A stretch of 62,507 bases of DNA, the filler included, from Nemertoderma westbladi (taxonomy: Eukaryota; Animalia; Xenacoelomorpha): assembly GCA_032718475.1 (NCBI GenBank). It is 3 parts of 3 records of this genome, joined end to end, with 100 filler letters (N's around TTAATTAATTAA, not from the genome) between each part and the next. Parts side by side here need not be neighbours in the genome. Positions count along the whole stretch, not along the records: positions 1 to 29,900 come from JAUCBJ010003071.1; 2 more parts are not named here. One strand, given 5' to 3'. Both the position numbers and the translations under genes were made by a program. Of this stretch, positions 1 to 9,205 are shown in pieces. How positions within the stretch are numbered: the first letter of the stretch is position 1; the number at the start of each line of letters is the position of its first letter. Under the pieces are notes generated by a model. That model worked only from the letters and a program-made list of their open reading frames with translations. It was not told where the DNA came from and did no database searches.

Positions 1-56
1 ATTAATGTTTCTACATCACAGTAAACCACAGTCAACCATCCATCTACGAATCTCAG

Positions 57-905
57 TTAATTCCTCGTCTCCACTGGTTTACCTCCACCGGAACTGTGAT
101 TCTTCGCGAGATACTCAGAATATTCCTGGTAGGGAGCGCGACTGAACGGTTCATCCTTCCACAGATCGGGCGTTAGATACGCGTAGGTCTTCCCGATAGC
201 CGCGTAAGTCGCCTTCGCGAAGTTACCCAGAGTCGCTGTCTGTCCGCAGGCCTGGGTGTAGCAGTCGTCTATACCCGCCATCTGCAACAACTTCTTGGGA
301 ACAGCGGCGGCTACTATCCCGGTTCCCTTGGGAGCAGGAATCAGTCGCACCATTACGCTGCCGCACTTACCGTTCACCTTACACGGGACCGTGTGCGGTT
401 TCCCGATGTTGTTTCCCCAGTAACCCCGTCGCACGGGGACCACGGACAACTTTGCGAGTATTATAGCGCCTCGTATAGCTGTGGCTACTTCCTTGGAGCA
501 TTTAACCCCGAGGCCAACATGCCCGTTGTAATCGCCAATAGCGACGAAGGCCTTGAACCTGGTCCGCTGCCCTGCGCGGGTTTGTTTCTGGACCGGCATG
601 ATCTTCAAAACTTCGTCTTTAAGAGCCGAACCGAGGAAGAAATCAATGATTTCAGCCTCCTTGATGGGCAATGAGTAGAGGTAGATCTCCTCCAGGGATT
701 TTATTTTGAGGTCCTTTACTAGACGACCTAGTTTAGTTAGCGGGATCCACTCTTTCTCTTCCTTCCCCCCTCGACCCCTTCCTCGGCCACGGCCACGCCC
801 TCTGCCGCGTCCGCGGCCGCGTCCGCGGTCTCCAAACCCGCCACGATCTCCCCCGAAGCCCCCTCGGAACCCACCCCGTCCACCGGCTGGTGCTGCGTCC
901 GCCAT
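57..905 (-). CDS. RPS2: 40S ribosomal protein S2 (uS5), single coding exon
   Basis: 282-aa ORF with N-terminal RGG/RG repeats and the uS5 motifs [46 protein letters not shown] and [11 protein letters not shown]. Complete from ATG to stop with no interruptions. Confidence 0.98.
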   Translation of the reverse strand: MADAAPAGGRGGFRGGFGGDRGGFGDRGRGRGRGRGRGRGRGRGRGGKEEKEWIPLTKLGRLVKDLKIKSLEEIYLYSLPIKEAEIIDFFLGSALKDEVLKIMPVQKQTRAGQRTRFKAFVAIGDYNGHVGLGVKCSKEVATAIRGAIILAKLSVVPVRRGYWGNNIGKPHTVPCKVNGKCGSVMVRLIPAPKGTGIVAAAVPKKLLQMAGIDDCYTQACGQTATLGNFAKATYAAIGKTYAYLTPDLWKDEPFSRAPYQEYSEYLAKNHSSGGGKPVETRN

Positions 906-1164
906 ATGGTGAATAGGGAAGTAGAATGTTTATCGGTCAATACAGCTACTGAACTGGGAGTACCGGTAGTCTGGTAGTGCTGTAGTATTATAGATTGATT
1001 GAGAATATGTACCGGTACGTAGAGCTGTAGAAGGATGCAGGGATGTGAGTGGTGCGTGGAGTGGAGTGGACGTGCCTAGACTTCTCCAATCAGGAGGCCT
1101 ATTAACATCCTAATTCCAAGCAGGCTCTGATTGGACGATTAAAATAATTGAATATTCAACCAAT

Positions 1165-2846
1165 AACACGTTCGTGGGGCCATCGCGCAGTGAGGCTTAG
1201 TTATTAGATACAGATTGCAATTCTATCCCAAAATCGTTACTTAAGAAATTTAAATAAATAAATAAGAAATTTAACCAAACCGCCTATAAGAATAAATCAA
1301 AGAAGAGAGGAAAGTTCCCCCTTGCTTCAACCCCCCTCTTAATCTGCACCAACCCAACCGCAAAGGAGCACAAAGGATTGATGAAAGGCAGAGGTATTAA
1401 CAGGAAATTAGTGTTTTAAAATAAATATATTTTTATGTGCGGAGGCAACCCAATTTGTAAAAATTATTAAAACTTACCTTATGCAGATAATATTGATACT
1501 GAAATATTAATTTATCATGTCAATGCCTCCAACGAAATAATTTAGCTAATATCTAAAGAATCACCATTAAATTCAGCCAAACATTGTGCAAGATAGAGCA
1601 AGCTCAGTGGAAGGATGATTGGAATGTTTCCCATCTCGGCAATATCAAGAATGCCAAGGAATGAGACTGGCATTTTAACTTAATTACGTTTAGATCAATT
1701 AAAAACACATTTCTTAAAGCAAATCTCTTGAACTAATTAAAAACTATAATGTAATGGGGTATGGGGAATGCAGTTATATAATTTTTAAGTATAATTATTT
1801 AAATCTTATACTAGAATAACTATTTACATCATTGTGCGCAAAGTAGCACTTTGCAGCGTTATGACCCGAGTTTATTTATGTACCGAGCGAGCGCAGCGAG
1901 GAAGGTTTACATAAATTAACAAGGGTCTTTAACGCTGAAAAGTGACCTTTGCAAGCAATGATGTATGTAATTTTGTTACATTCTGTCAACTTATCAGCGT
2001 TCGGTATGTGAAGAAAGGATTTTATGGATACTCATTTATACATTTTAATCATGTACTATATTGAATATAAGTGAAATTTATTAACAGGTACACAGTATTA
2101 ATTATACATTTAAATCTAATTAAAGTTTATTGGAAGTTATCTCCTGCATGGATATGATAAATCATTAATCCATCTTGACTATTTATAGTCGACTGAAGCA
2201 AACTTAGTCACCGTTCAGTTTTACTGAACACTGTCGCCATTTTCTTTGGTCATTTTAGTGTCTTCTAATGGACGTTTCGCCATAATGGATTACAGTACAC
2301 GTTAAACAATTATTTACATACAGTAGCTAGTCCCGTCACTGCAAACTGGATAATAAAGCAGCAATCATTAACATAAATGGAAATAATACATTCTGGAATA
2401 CGGTAATTGAAGTTGTTTTCATGTTATTGATTACTTTGCAGCGTTTCCGTCCTATAGGCCGCAACGCTGCAAAGTAGTACTTTGCAGCGTTACGAGTAAT
2501 TCACCAGAACGCTGTTAAGTTGACATAATGTAACAAAATAATTAATATCCTTTAAGGAGGCAGGTTGAAATTGCTGTTTTTACCCTAATCAACTAATTTA
2601 ACTAATTAACTGCTATTATCTTAGCTTCTCGAAGGCCACACGGTAATCTTCAACTTGGAAAATTTCTAAACTTTGGCCAGACTACATGTGTACTAAGTTT
2701 GGTTAAATTTCATTAACATTTGGCTGATTTATTAACGTTTAAAATTGAAGACAACAGATCAACAGATGAACAGAACAACAGACACACCGATAGAGTTAGT
2801 GGTACCTGTATGCTAAGCTCGCTTACTTTTGTCGCTCGCCCCACAA
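1165..2846 (-). mobile_element. Probable non-autonomous Helentron-associated (HINE/DINE-like) element with a hairpin element nested inside
   Basis: Partial sub-terminal inverted repeat GTGGGGC (~1174) / GCCCCAC (~2838), an (ACAGA)-type microsatellite at ~2753-2785, and an AAGTTTGGTTAAATTT core motif. Boundaries are approximate. Confidence 0.35.
1817..2539 (+). mobile_element. Non-autonomous 5'-hairpin DNA element, family A (Crypton-like)
   Basis: Starts TAACTATTTACA and forms a ~150-nt imperfect hairpin centred on GAGCGCAGCGAG. Internal ATTTTGTTACATT (~1970) is inverted relative to the 3' terminus AATGTAACAAAAT. The 3' part recurs at 55208-55430. Confidence 0.55.
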
Positions 2847-3033
2847 TGGGCTTGAATTAGGTGGTTCTAATGACAGTAATAATTAACTATTTACATACTT
2901 GTGTGTAAAGTAGCACTTACAGTGTTGTTGTATTGTATGTAATGAAGATAATGTCTATTCGATGATAATACATTATAATATTCATTCTAAACTATACTTC
3001 AATATATATATTTGAATCACACAGAAGTTAGTT

Positions 3034-3320
3034 ATTATACATTTATTATAGGAAGGGATCTAGGGGTCTTAACCTCGAGATATGAGATATTAAATTCCAG
3101 AAAAATTACGCGATTCCTAAATTTGTACACTTCCCGGTTAAAAAGTATGCATGTGATGGGACTAGTCCTACAATTGCGCCAATAAAAGATAAGTCATTTT
3201 CGGTAAAATGAACTTATCATTCGAGGTTAAGACCCCTAGATCCCTTCCTATAATAAATGTATAATAACAAACACCCCGAAAAATACAGCTTGCCAACACA
3301 TTGTTACTATCAATAATAAA
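3034..3320 (+). mobile_element. Short insertion within the 3' LTR, with an asymmetric 48-bp inverted repeat (Penelope-like architecture)
   Basis: Flanked by a duplicated GAAGTTAGTT (3024-3033 and 3321-3330) and absent from the sister LTR. 3031-3078 is the exact reverse complement of 3221-3268, followed by a ~52-nt unpaired tail ending AATAATAAA. Confidence 0.6.
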
Positions 3321-3723
3321 GAAGTTAGTTAGTTTCATTCATTAGTAAAGCTAGTAACTATGGTTGTCATGCGACATCAAGCGGTTAATGTAAGAACTCT
3401 TTACATGACTAGGTATAACATTACCCCTGGGTTATATAATTGTGTTTACAACATAAGATGTAACAAGTAAATATAATATGATTATCTATTCAAGCAGGTC
3501 ATACAACTAAATAGTTTTCACTACATTTAGAAATGAACAGTATAATTGCTTTCCACTTCTAAGAGTCTTAGTTATGGTGGTTTGACTAGAGGCGGACGTT
3601 ATAATGTTCATTGGTGCGTCGGTTATTACTGAAGCGGTGGTTTCTCTATTAGGTGTATTCGTATTAGGTGTATTAGGTATTACTACACCTTCCTGTCTAA
3701 CATCATCTCCCGTTTCTCTTTCC

Positions 3724-4564
3724 CTAATTCGTGATTCTTTCATGGGTGACCTTCATGGGTGACCACGGTGTATTACGATAGCGTAATTGATTGATATTAC
3801 GTCTTATCTCAATATCGCCAACGCTTACTTTGTATACCCTTGATCCAATCTTGGAGACTATTTTTCCCACAAACCATTTTTCTATCACTTCACCTCTCCC
3901 TGGGCGCGAGTAATTCTTAACCCAAACTGCATCATTTATGTCAAATTTTCCCTTTGATGATTTTGTTTCTAACTTTACCGGGTATTGTAATAAACGATGT
4001 ATCCTTGTCTTCACAGGTGCATTCAATAACTTTTGGTTGGGTTTACACCCCGTAGTCGTGTAAAGTGAATTTCTATCCTGCATTAGAAATAACGCTAACT
4101 CGATCTTGTATTGAATATCCATCTTGTTTTTTCAAAGAATTCTTTATCGTTTGAACCATTCTTTCTGCTGCTCCATTTGAAGTAGGTGAATAAACAGCAG
4201 AGGTCCAATGTGTAATACCATTACTTGTGAAAAATACTTCTATTTCATGAGAAATAAATTGTGGTCCATTATCTGTAAATACGATTTCTGGTATTCCTGT
4301 AAAAGCAAATATATTGCGCAATTGTGTGATAACTGCGTTGGATGTTGTGGATTTCATGACTCGTACATCCTTCCGTCCACTGTAAACATCAATTAATCCT
4401 ATTAATTGATTTCCTTCCAATTCTGCGAGATCCACATGAACTCTTTGAAATGGTTCTTCAAAAATATCTGTAGGAAATAGTATATCCGACAGTAGATCTA
4501 GTGTAGCTAGTCCACAGTTCGCGATAAACATAATGCGTCTCTGCTTGAGTAATGTCTTCTGCAT
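3724..4564 (-). pseudogene. Retrotransposon integrase (rve core plus C-terminal SH3-like part), frameshifted
   Basis: PFQRVHVDL, GIPEIVFTDNGPQF and YSPTSNGAAERMVQTIK give the DDE triad. Continues in another frame near 4100 (FDINDAVWVKNY, KWFVGKIV, RRNINQLR). Protease, RT and RNase H are missing. Confidence 0.9.
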
Positions 4565-5346
4565 TCATTAATGTCCCATCGGAGCGTTTCCATGTAGTAG
4601 TCTTCAATATTGTACGAAACATTAAAAGATATGTTTCCCATCGATCAGTTTCCACATTGAAAGGTTTACATACAGTACATTTGTATATTTAGTTCCAGTT
4701 GTGTTCGTAACACCTTGTAACGCCATTACATTATCAAATTCAATGTAAATGAAAATAAAAAATGTAATGTATGTAATGTGCCGCATTGCGTACTCGCAGC
4801 GCCAATGTTGTATTGTATGTAAAGAAGATAAATGTCTATTCGATGATAATACATTATAATATTCATTCTAAACTATACTTCAATATCATATTCAAATATT
4901 CAAATATATATTCAAATATATTATATATTTGAATCACACAGAAGTTAGTTAGTTTCATTCATTGGTAAAGCTAGTAACTATGGTTGTCATGCGACATCAA
5001 GCGGTTAATGTAAGAACTCTTTACATGACTAGGTATAACAAGTGTGATGATCCGAGTGGCTTTGTTACACGAACGAACGTTAGTGAATGAGTGAAAATAG
5101 AGCCACTTATTGTTTACTAATTTCCACCTATTGTTTACGTGGTAACCCATGACGGCGTTAAGTTACGCCCCCTTAGTGGACATTACTTAACGTCGCCATG
5201 CGTCGTCACGTAAACAATATCACCAAATACAATACTAAATGTTCAGGCCAACACAATGCTGTAATGTCCTCTAAAGTTGTAAAGTGCTAAATAACAACTC
5301 GCTGTTAATACAAACGGCGTTGAGTAATGTTGCAATTTTGGAATAA

Positions 5347-5838
5347 TAACTATTTACATACTTGTGAGTAAAGTAGCACTTTACAGTGTGATGATCCGAG
5401 TGCTTTGTTACAGGAACGAACGCAGTGAGTGAGTGAAAATAAAGCCACGAGGATCAGAAAACTGTAAAGTACTTTGCAACAAGTATGTACGTACTGTATG
5501 TAGTTTTATTCCAAAATTGTATCATTATTAAGAAATGATTGTATATAAGTGATATAAACTGCACAGATTAAATTTGTTGCTGTATAAATAAATGTAAAAA
5601 TGGCATAAATTATGTTATAAAAAATAAATAAGTTAGCTTATATTCATGGTGGCGTTTGGAGCCATGTTAATAGAAAAACTACGGGTTATTAATAGCTACC
5701 GGTAGGTAATGCAGTAGGCATATCTGGCTGTCAGGCAATTAATAATAAATACCAACTGTTATTTATGTGGTAACCATGACGGCGTGACTGTAAAGTCGCT
5801 CTGTTGAGACATTACCGGTTACAATTTTGGAATAAAAG
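5347..5838 (+). mobile_element. 5'-hairpin DNA element, family B copy 2, head-to-tail with copy 1
   Basis: TAACTATTTACATACTTGTGAG start, long hairpin centred on GAACGAACGCAGTGAGTGAG, internal TTTTATTCCAAAATTGTA (~5503) inverted to terminal TACAATTTTGGAATAAAA. Confidence 0.6.
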
Positions 5839-6639
5839 CCATTAGCCTAGGTGACTGCTAATTTCTTGTAGAAGTGACTAGGCAACAATAATTTATTGAT
5901 AGGCCTACTGTTTCTGGAATATTAATCATCGTACCTTAAGGCATCCTAATGTGTTAATTGCCTAATACAATCGCGGCGCAATAAAGTACTGTAGTCTATT
6001 ATGTATTTTTGAGTTTTCAAAAATAGGTATGTTGTATAACTAGCAAAATGTAAATTTCTATAAATTTCCAGTTACCGGTACTGAAATATTGTTTTGTCTC
6101 TGAGTTCCATATGTCCAACCAATCTGAGTTCCGTATGAGATCCATCTATTTAAATATCTTACAAATGGCGTCTAGTTAAAATTGACGCCATTAATCAACC
6201 GACACCGCGATTTCTTTATAAATTTCGTAATTCACAAACCTAAAATATATTCAGGAGAACCTATAAGATAGTTTTTTATTGTTTAATGAAAGTTTTAAAG
6301 TACTGTAGCTACATATCAAATAATAATTTACTAGCTAGTCGAATAAATGTAATCAAAATACCGTCTTTTTAATCCTCAACCTAGTTTGTGGTTGAAAACA
6401 ATAGCATTTTTTGGGAGTTAAAATATTGACAAATTGGGGAGACATAGGGAACCGTACCCTTTGGAACCTTTGCAGCTAGTAGAAGTCCTACCACTTTATC
6501 CGTTCTTATACAGCAAGAAATTCGTTGAGTAGTGCGGGGCTTTCTATGTAGAGAGAAATGTATACCAGTATTATTGATGTTTAAGGAGTTTTTTAGAATT
6601 CGATCCTCGAGGTAGTCAAGTCTCCATTACTCACACAGT

Positions 6640-7947
6640 ATGTCTTCAGAGGACGAAATTCCATATTCGAAAGCCGGTGTCCCCACCAATTGTATCTGCG
6701 TCTTTTGCAAGAAAATTTGCAAAACTGCATGTAAGGCGGAATGCGGAGAAATATTTTGCGAGGGATGCCTCAAAAACTACTTCGATAACTTTAGCGAAAG
6801 CATGCTTCCCTGCCCTGGTTGTGATGTGACGATTACTAGAGGAAAACGCGAACATAGAGTAGAAAAGGAGATTCAATCTCTTATATTGCAATGCAAAAAC
6901 AGTGACAAAGGTTGTACTTTCTCTGGGAATATCCATGAAATTACTGAACATTACAAGATCTGTGACCTGAGGCCTATACAATGTCCTCTTGGGTGTGGAT
7001 TCTCGATTGTAAAGAGAGAATTGTGGATACACAAATCGAAATGTCAGTATGTACCTGCTGGCTGCTACTATTGTTATGGTCATGATTCACCCATGAGGGT
7101 GATTGAGATGGAGAAACACAGTGAAATATGCCCTCAGTATCCTATTAATTGCCCAAATAGATGTGGTGTAATTAGATTTCCCAGGAAAAATTTGAGGGCC
7201 CATCTTGCCGCCTGTCAGTTAACTAAGACACCGTGTGAATACAAAGCAGTTGGTTGTGAGTTTACCGGTACGGTAACCGAAATGAATAATCATCTGGTGG
7301 GGATGGTGGATGAACACCAAGCTATGATTACCAATAAGTTTTATTTTATGTCGATTCCATTGGATTTCGTATCTACCAGTCAAGCCAATCTTGAAACTAG
7401 AGTTGATCATGTGACGGAGAAGCTCGAACTATTAACTGAAGAGGTCCGAAGAAATTTTTCAAGTTTTTCAACATATTTAGACAGCTGCGTGAAGTTTGCT
7501 GAGTTAGGGATCGTGTCTGAGCAGATCAAGTCTGAGCAGATCATGTCTGATCAGTTAACAAATATGGAGAGGCAATTATCTAAGCAATGCGCTCAGATAA
7601 AAGTACTAGAAAAACGTTCCACTAGCGGAGTTTTTGTAATGACGTTAACGGATTTCCAAAAAAAGCTTTTGCCTGAAGCGAAAAATGAAACAGTTTCGAT
7701 TATTTTTTCCGAACCTTTTTATACATCTATGTACGGATATAGAATGTGTGTAAGGCTTTACCCCAATGGTGACGGTGCTGGGAAAGGTACTCATCTCTCT
7801 GTGTATATCGTGTTGATGAAAGGCGAGTACGATAACATATTACGCTGGCCATTTAAACAAAAATTTAGTTTCAGTTTGATGGACCAAGGCAAGCAAAGGA
7901 GACATCTCCAAGACATGTTTATTCCTGATGGTCACAGCTCGAGTTAA
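6640..7947 (+). CDS. TNF receptor-associated factor (TRAF)-family protein, C-terminally truncated (possible pseudogene)
   Basis: RING-like N-terminus (CVFC...CGEIFCEGC...CPGC), several TRAF zinc fingers (CPLGC, CPNRC, CEYKAVGC), a coiled coil, and a MATH domain (FSEPFYTSMYGYRMCVRLYPNGDGAGKGTHLSVYIVLMKGEYDNILRWPF) that stops at PDGHSSS. Confidence 0.88.
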   Translation: MSSEDEIPYSKAGVPTNCICVFCKKICKTACKAECGEIFCEGCLKNYFDNFSESMLPCPGCDVTITRGKREHRVEKEIQSLILQCKNSDKGCTFSGNIHEITEHYKICDLRPIQCPLGCGFSIVKRELWIHKSKCQYVPAGCYYCYGHDSPMRVIEMEKHSEICPQYPINCPNRCGVIRFPRKNLRAHLAACQLTKTPCEYKAVGCEFTGTVTEMNNHLVGMVDEHQAMITNKFYFMSIPLDFVSTSQANLETRVDHVTEKLELLTEEVRRNFSSFSTYLDSCVKFAELGIVSEQIKSEQIMSDQLTNMERQLSKQCAQIKVLEKRSTSGVFVMTLTDFQKKLLPEAKNETVSIIFSEPFYTSMYGYRMCVRLYPNGDGAGKGTHLSVYIVLMKGEYDNILRWPFKQKFSFSLMDQGKQRRHLQDMFIPDGHSSS

Positions 7948-8307
7948 AGCAGGACCAATCAGAGACAAAAGTTGATATACTGTAGAAATTTGTGCTTCCA
8001 AACCCCATGCGATGTCGGCGCGGCACTTCAATTGAAAAGGATACAATCAATAAATAAGTACATAGGAGGATGTGAGTGGAGTGGATGTTTAAACTGAAAC
8101 GCAACAGAGAAAATACGAATATGTAAACTTAACAAAATCCTATTTATTGTATAAAATTTAAACAATAAATAGTATTTTGTTAAAATTAATTATTATTTAC
8201 TTTTAATATTAAGACTTCATGTGCCAGATGTCAATCAGGAAGAAAGGATTATAAACAATAATATGAAAAGATGCTTAAGATATTTCTAAAAGTTTTCATT
8301 TCAGCCC

Positions 8308-8690
8308 ACTAGCAGTAGACTGGAGGACTACCGAATGATTATACTGTCCCAACAAAGACGCAACCTGCTGATGGTCTACAGTCTAGCATGTATATCTGCC
8401 AAGTTTCAGCTTAAACGGATATCAAATAACGAAATGAGAGAAGGTATTATTCACTTTAAGGTACTTCGACCTCTTGCGGCAAACTGTAGAAGTGTAGATG
8501 GAGTACCGTCCCACAAAGAAACAGCCAGTTTTAACATATATGCCTAGATTCATCTTAAACAGATTAAGATACAGGAAATGGGGAAGGTTATCACTTTCAT
8601 ACATTTCGCCCTCTAACGGCAGACTAGAGAACTGCAGATGGATGGACACCTATCTAATCTGCTCGCACAACTGGCTAATAATGAAGATGT
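8308..8690. mobile_element. Possible HINE-like element with two ~160-bp internal tandem units
   Basis: Motifs repeat in the same order: GTCCCA(A)CAAAGA, GCCAAGTTTCAGCTTAAAC / GCCTAGATTCATCTTAAAC, GAAATGRGRGAAGGT, TTCG.CCTCT..CGGCA.ACT. Confidence 0.35.
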
Positions 8691-8884
8691 AATGCAATAT
8701 ATACCCTTAACCAATATCTCTAATCACCAACCTTCTCAGATTCAGAGGCTCTGATTGGTCCATCGTTTGGATCAGCTGATTAATGTTCAACCGCCAAACA
8801 TGTCCCTTTCTGTGGATATATGAATGAATACACATATTGTTATATTACTACTTACAGTTACACTATACTGTACCATGTGCACTA

Positions 8885-9142
8885 GGTTCCACCTTGGTGT
8901 AGTGGTTGCATTGAATTCACATCTCCTGTAGGTCGTCACATGGGCCAGGGCAGTTTTTGTTTCGGCACGAATGCTTTAAAGGGACCAGCCAGGGCGCATC
9001 GCCTTGCATCCTTAAGTGGTAGCTAAATGAGTACTGGAGTTTACTCTGGGGAGTAAAGTTCTGGGGGGACCGCACTGGAAATAAGTCGTCAGACTTTGTG
9101 CGTAATCCCTGGCCTAGCGGCCGAAGAAAATTTACTTTTTAC
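8885..9142 (+). mobile_element. tRNA-derived SINE with a Nin/Deu-type central domain
   Basis: A-box-like TGGTGTAGTGG at the head (B box degenerate), central GCCTTGCATCCTTAAGTGGTAGCTAAATGAGTAC resembling the conserved Nin core, and a (TTTAC)-type tail. Confidence 0.6.
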
Positions 9143-9205
9143 ATACTTTTATGTGTACAGTATAGTATATAATATAGTATAGTATTTAGTATAGTATAGT
9201 ATATA

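Larger units (their letters stand above)
2926..5040 (-). mobile_element. Internally deleted Gypsy/Ty3 (Mag-clade-like) LTR retrotransposon
   Basis: Near-identical TG...CA LTRs at 2926-3420 (carrying an insertion) and 4806-5040. 5-bp TSD AGTGT at 2921-2925 and 5041-5045. PBS TGGCGCTGCGAG on the minus strand next to the 5' LTR, resembling a tRNA-Ser 3' end. Gag N-terminal remnant (FNVETDRWETYL) joined to integrase. Confidence 0.92.
2884..5346 (+). mobile_element. 5'-hairpin DNA element, family B copy 1, split by an LTR retrotransposon
   Basis: TAACTATTTACATACTTGTG...CACTTACAGTGT is interrupted at 2926 and resumes at 5046 with GATGATCCGAG. Ends CAATTTTGGAATAA, as copy 2 does. Confidence 0.6.

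Noticed and set aside
393-940. Short ORFs overlapping RPS2
   Set aside because: Antisense or alternative-frame shadows of the RGG-rich gene.
8885-8960. tRNA gene
   Set aside because: Only an A-box-like motif is present, with no cloverleaf or clean B box. A SINE head explains it better.
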